This document shows positions 62,101 to 64,000 of a DNA stretch of 64,000 nt, piece by piece; position 1 is the stretch's first letter; each line of letters begins with the position of its first letter. The notes under the pieces were generated by a model. The model ran no database searches. It was not told the DNA's origin and saw only the letters and a program-made list of their open reading frames with translations. The translations under genes and the position numbers were made by a program. This stretch comes from Klebsormidium nitens. Taxonomy: Eukaryota; Plantae; Klebsormidiophyceae. The DNA lies in assembly GCA_000708835.1 (NCBI GenBank), contig DF237054.1, positions 1-64,000 of the forward strand, in the 5' to 3' direction.

Positions 62101-63286
62101 TTCGCTGGACCCTGAAAGCCAACGCCCAAACGCTACAGCCACTCCTGTGACGGGGCTATTGTGACAGAATAATCTTTAACATTGCAGCTGATTGTCGGAA
62201 TGACAAAAGACTTTTGAAGTCCCTACTCTTCAGAGCGATGCATCCGTGCGCAAATCTTCTGAAAACCGGTTGTGAAGAGGCCCTGTCAGGAAGCTTCCTG
62301 CTGTTCATTGCTTCAGGGCTCGGAGACAATGGATCTTGTGGTTGAAACAAGATCAAATGAGATGCAAATGGATGCCAGCCGAAAATGCTAAGGATGTCAA
62401 GCAACATTTGAGGCACCGTATCAAGCGACTCTTCAGAGAAACACGCTGCTTAAATTATCTACGGCAGGCAGTCTTATGCAGTTGCAGCCTCCATAACTGC
62501 GTCATCCTTGCTCCTTTGTTCAGCTATCAGGCTCTTGAGCCAATCTACTCATAGAAGACCAATGCGCCAAACAAACACCTCGATCATTATGGAGTTCTCC
62601 AGAAGGCCTGTCCTCTCACCTGAGGGGCAATGACGATGTATCCCTGAGATGCAGTGTAGTTCAGAAGCGTGGAGTACCAGCCCGTGAACAGACTGGTACC
62701 GTGCTGCAACAGCAAGTAGCTAGCTGAGTTCTCTGGCCTTTGGTGGTGAAAGTATCCTGAGCCAAAGTATCCTGAGCCTCGCAGAAAACACTTGGGGAAC
62801 CACAGCTTAAAGCACATTGCCCATAAAGGACCCTGAATATCAAGTTTGTCAGACTCCTATTTGATGGGAGATGTCACGCAGTCTGGGAGCCCCGCAGTCT
62901 ACCAGATTTTGATAGAAGAGCTGTATTCTGCAGTTTGCCTCAGCCTTTCTCCAGAAAAACCTACTGACCCTGAACATGCTAACTGCAATGCTGTTCACTG
63001 GGCCATCTGATGAAGGACTGAGGGGACTAAGGTGCCATCGCGCAATGTCGCTCAAGCTCACCTGGAAAACCACGAGTGGATATGTCCCTTCTTCGATAGG
63101 CGCAGCGACTCTAAGAGTGATGTTCTGCTTCTGAGGATCCAGAACAGGGGTTAATTGTGTCTGCACCTGGATTGCCATCCCAGTGGCAGAAGAACCAATG
63201 TCTGTAGCAAAAGCATTCTGCAATGTAGCCAGTATCCCAAATGCTAGCAGAAAGCACGTTCCAGTGAGAAAAGCTCGACGTGCCAT
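59160..63286 (-). CDS. CLH: Chlorophyllase-family alpha/beta hydrolase with N-terminal signal peptide; exons 63286-63062, 62703-62620, 61993-61828, 61065-60950, 60410-60045, 59267-59160
   Basis: GTYPLVVFQHG, YSTLLNYTASQGYIVIAPQMY, catalytic GHSRGGK (split across exons 3/4), GLDPVDG, DYGHMDLLDD. All six exons are phase-consistent. Confidence 0.92.
61105..61325. repeat. Three diverged direct copies in chlorophyllase intron 3
   Basis: TTCAATCTTTCGT...TTGAAGTGGGC(T/C)AAAG(C/T)ATT occurs near 61113, 61216 and 61271. Confidence 0.8.
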
Positions 63287-64000
63287 CTCCCTTGGAAATT
63301 CCCTCTTCTTGAGTGTCAGCAATGTTTGAGTCAATACAAGAAGCGAACAAGATCACCGCCAGCAAATCAGTTTAACGGTAGCACCCGCCAACTCAGTTCA
63401 ACTGACAATCCACCAGCTGCTACTGCCAGGCGTCAGCTCACTTGGATACCGCAACAAAGATCGCACCATCTTCAGTGTAGAAGCAACAAATATTAAATGG
63501 GTGTGTTGAGCTGCTACCATAGCTGCATAATGCAGCTCGCGAGAGATCCTCACATGGACGTTCACTTCCTTACCACAGCAGTGGTGGCACAAGCTAGCTA
63601 GCAGGTGGCAAGGGGTTTCCACAAACCTCGATCGCCCTGACTCTGAGCTGTCGACCGGCCCGGGCAACCCCTTGCTTGACGTTTCTAGACACGTTAGGGG
63701 TCGGCTGGACCTATAGCTGCGCAGAAACAGGCGCAAAGCTTGATGGTGACAATCGTTTTTAGAACCGGCACCAGCGGCATCCCTCTGGTTCTCCTCAAGG
63801 GAACCACCGAACTTCGAAGTCCTAACCCGGGTTTAGACCAGGTTCCAGAAGTTTCCCTGCGCAGGTTGCCAAGCAGCTCGAGGACTTCTGCCAGTGCAGG
63901 CAAGACACCCAGGCAAGAGTCGTAGTCAGGCGAGGGGTAAACTTGCCAAAGCAGGGCGCAGCATCGTGCATCCTTTGGAAGACAAGCGGACGCTGGATCT

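Noticed and set aside
1-64000. tRNA, rRNA or snRNA genes
   Set aside because: No convincing T-loop/cloverleaf or U-snRNA/5S signatures were seen by eye; tRNAscan-SE or Infernal would be needed to exclude them.

Overview
Eukaryotic, intron-rich, roughly 50-55% GC DNA with plant-type genes; a streptophyte alga such as Klebsormidium is my inference. Left part (1-5 kb): a rearranged CACTA/EnSpm-like transposon relic, with a two-exon transposase, an oppositely oriented Ulp1 (C48) peptidase fragment and one CAGTG terminus with subterminal repeats. From about 5 to 21.9 kb: a gene-poor field of decayed, apparently intronless reading frames that I cannot assign, plus a small MITE-like element. From 21.9 to 64 kb: six genes reconstructed exon by exon with GT-AG boundaries and phase checks. 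They are a 14-exon homolog of the conserved plant membrane protein I recall as At5g58100, WDR53-like, ARPC3, an RZ-1-type RRM/zinc-knuckle protein, an SNM1/Apollo-type beta-CASP nuclease and a signal-peptide chlorophyllase. A small pseudogene island (GBP-helical-like and coiled-coil fragments) lies at 54.5-58.2 kb. The most striking unexplained structure occurs in three separate introns of two unrelated genes. Each intron ends in a 150-190 bp tandem array of 'splice acceptor + first 20-50 codons of the next exon', and only the last copy continues as the full exon. By hand count the upstream copies differ from the real exon, and from each other, mostly at synonymous positions, which simple neutral decay of a duplicate does not predict. 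All protein identifications come from remembered motifs, not from database searches.
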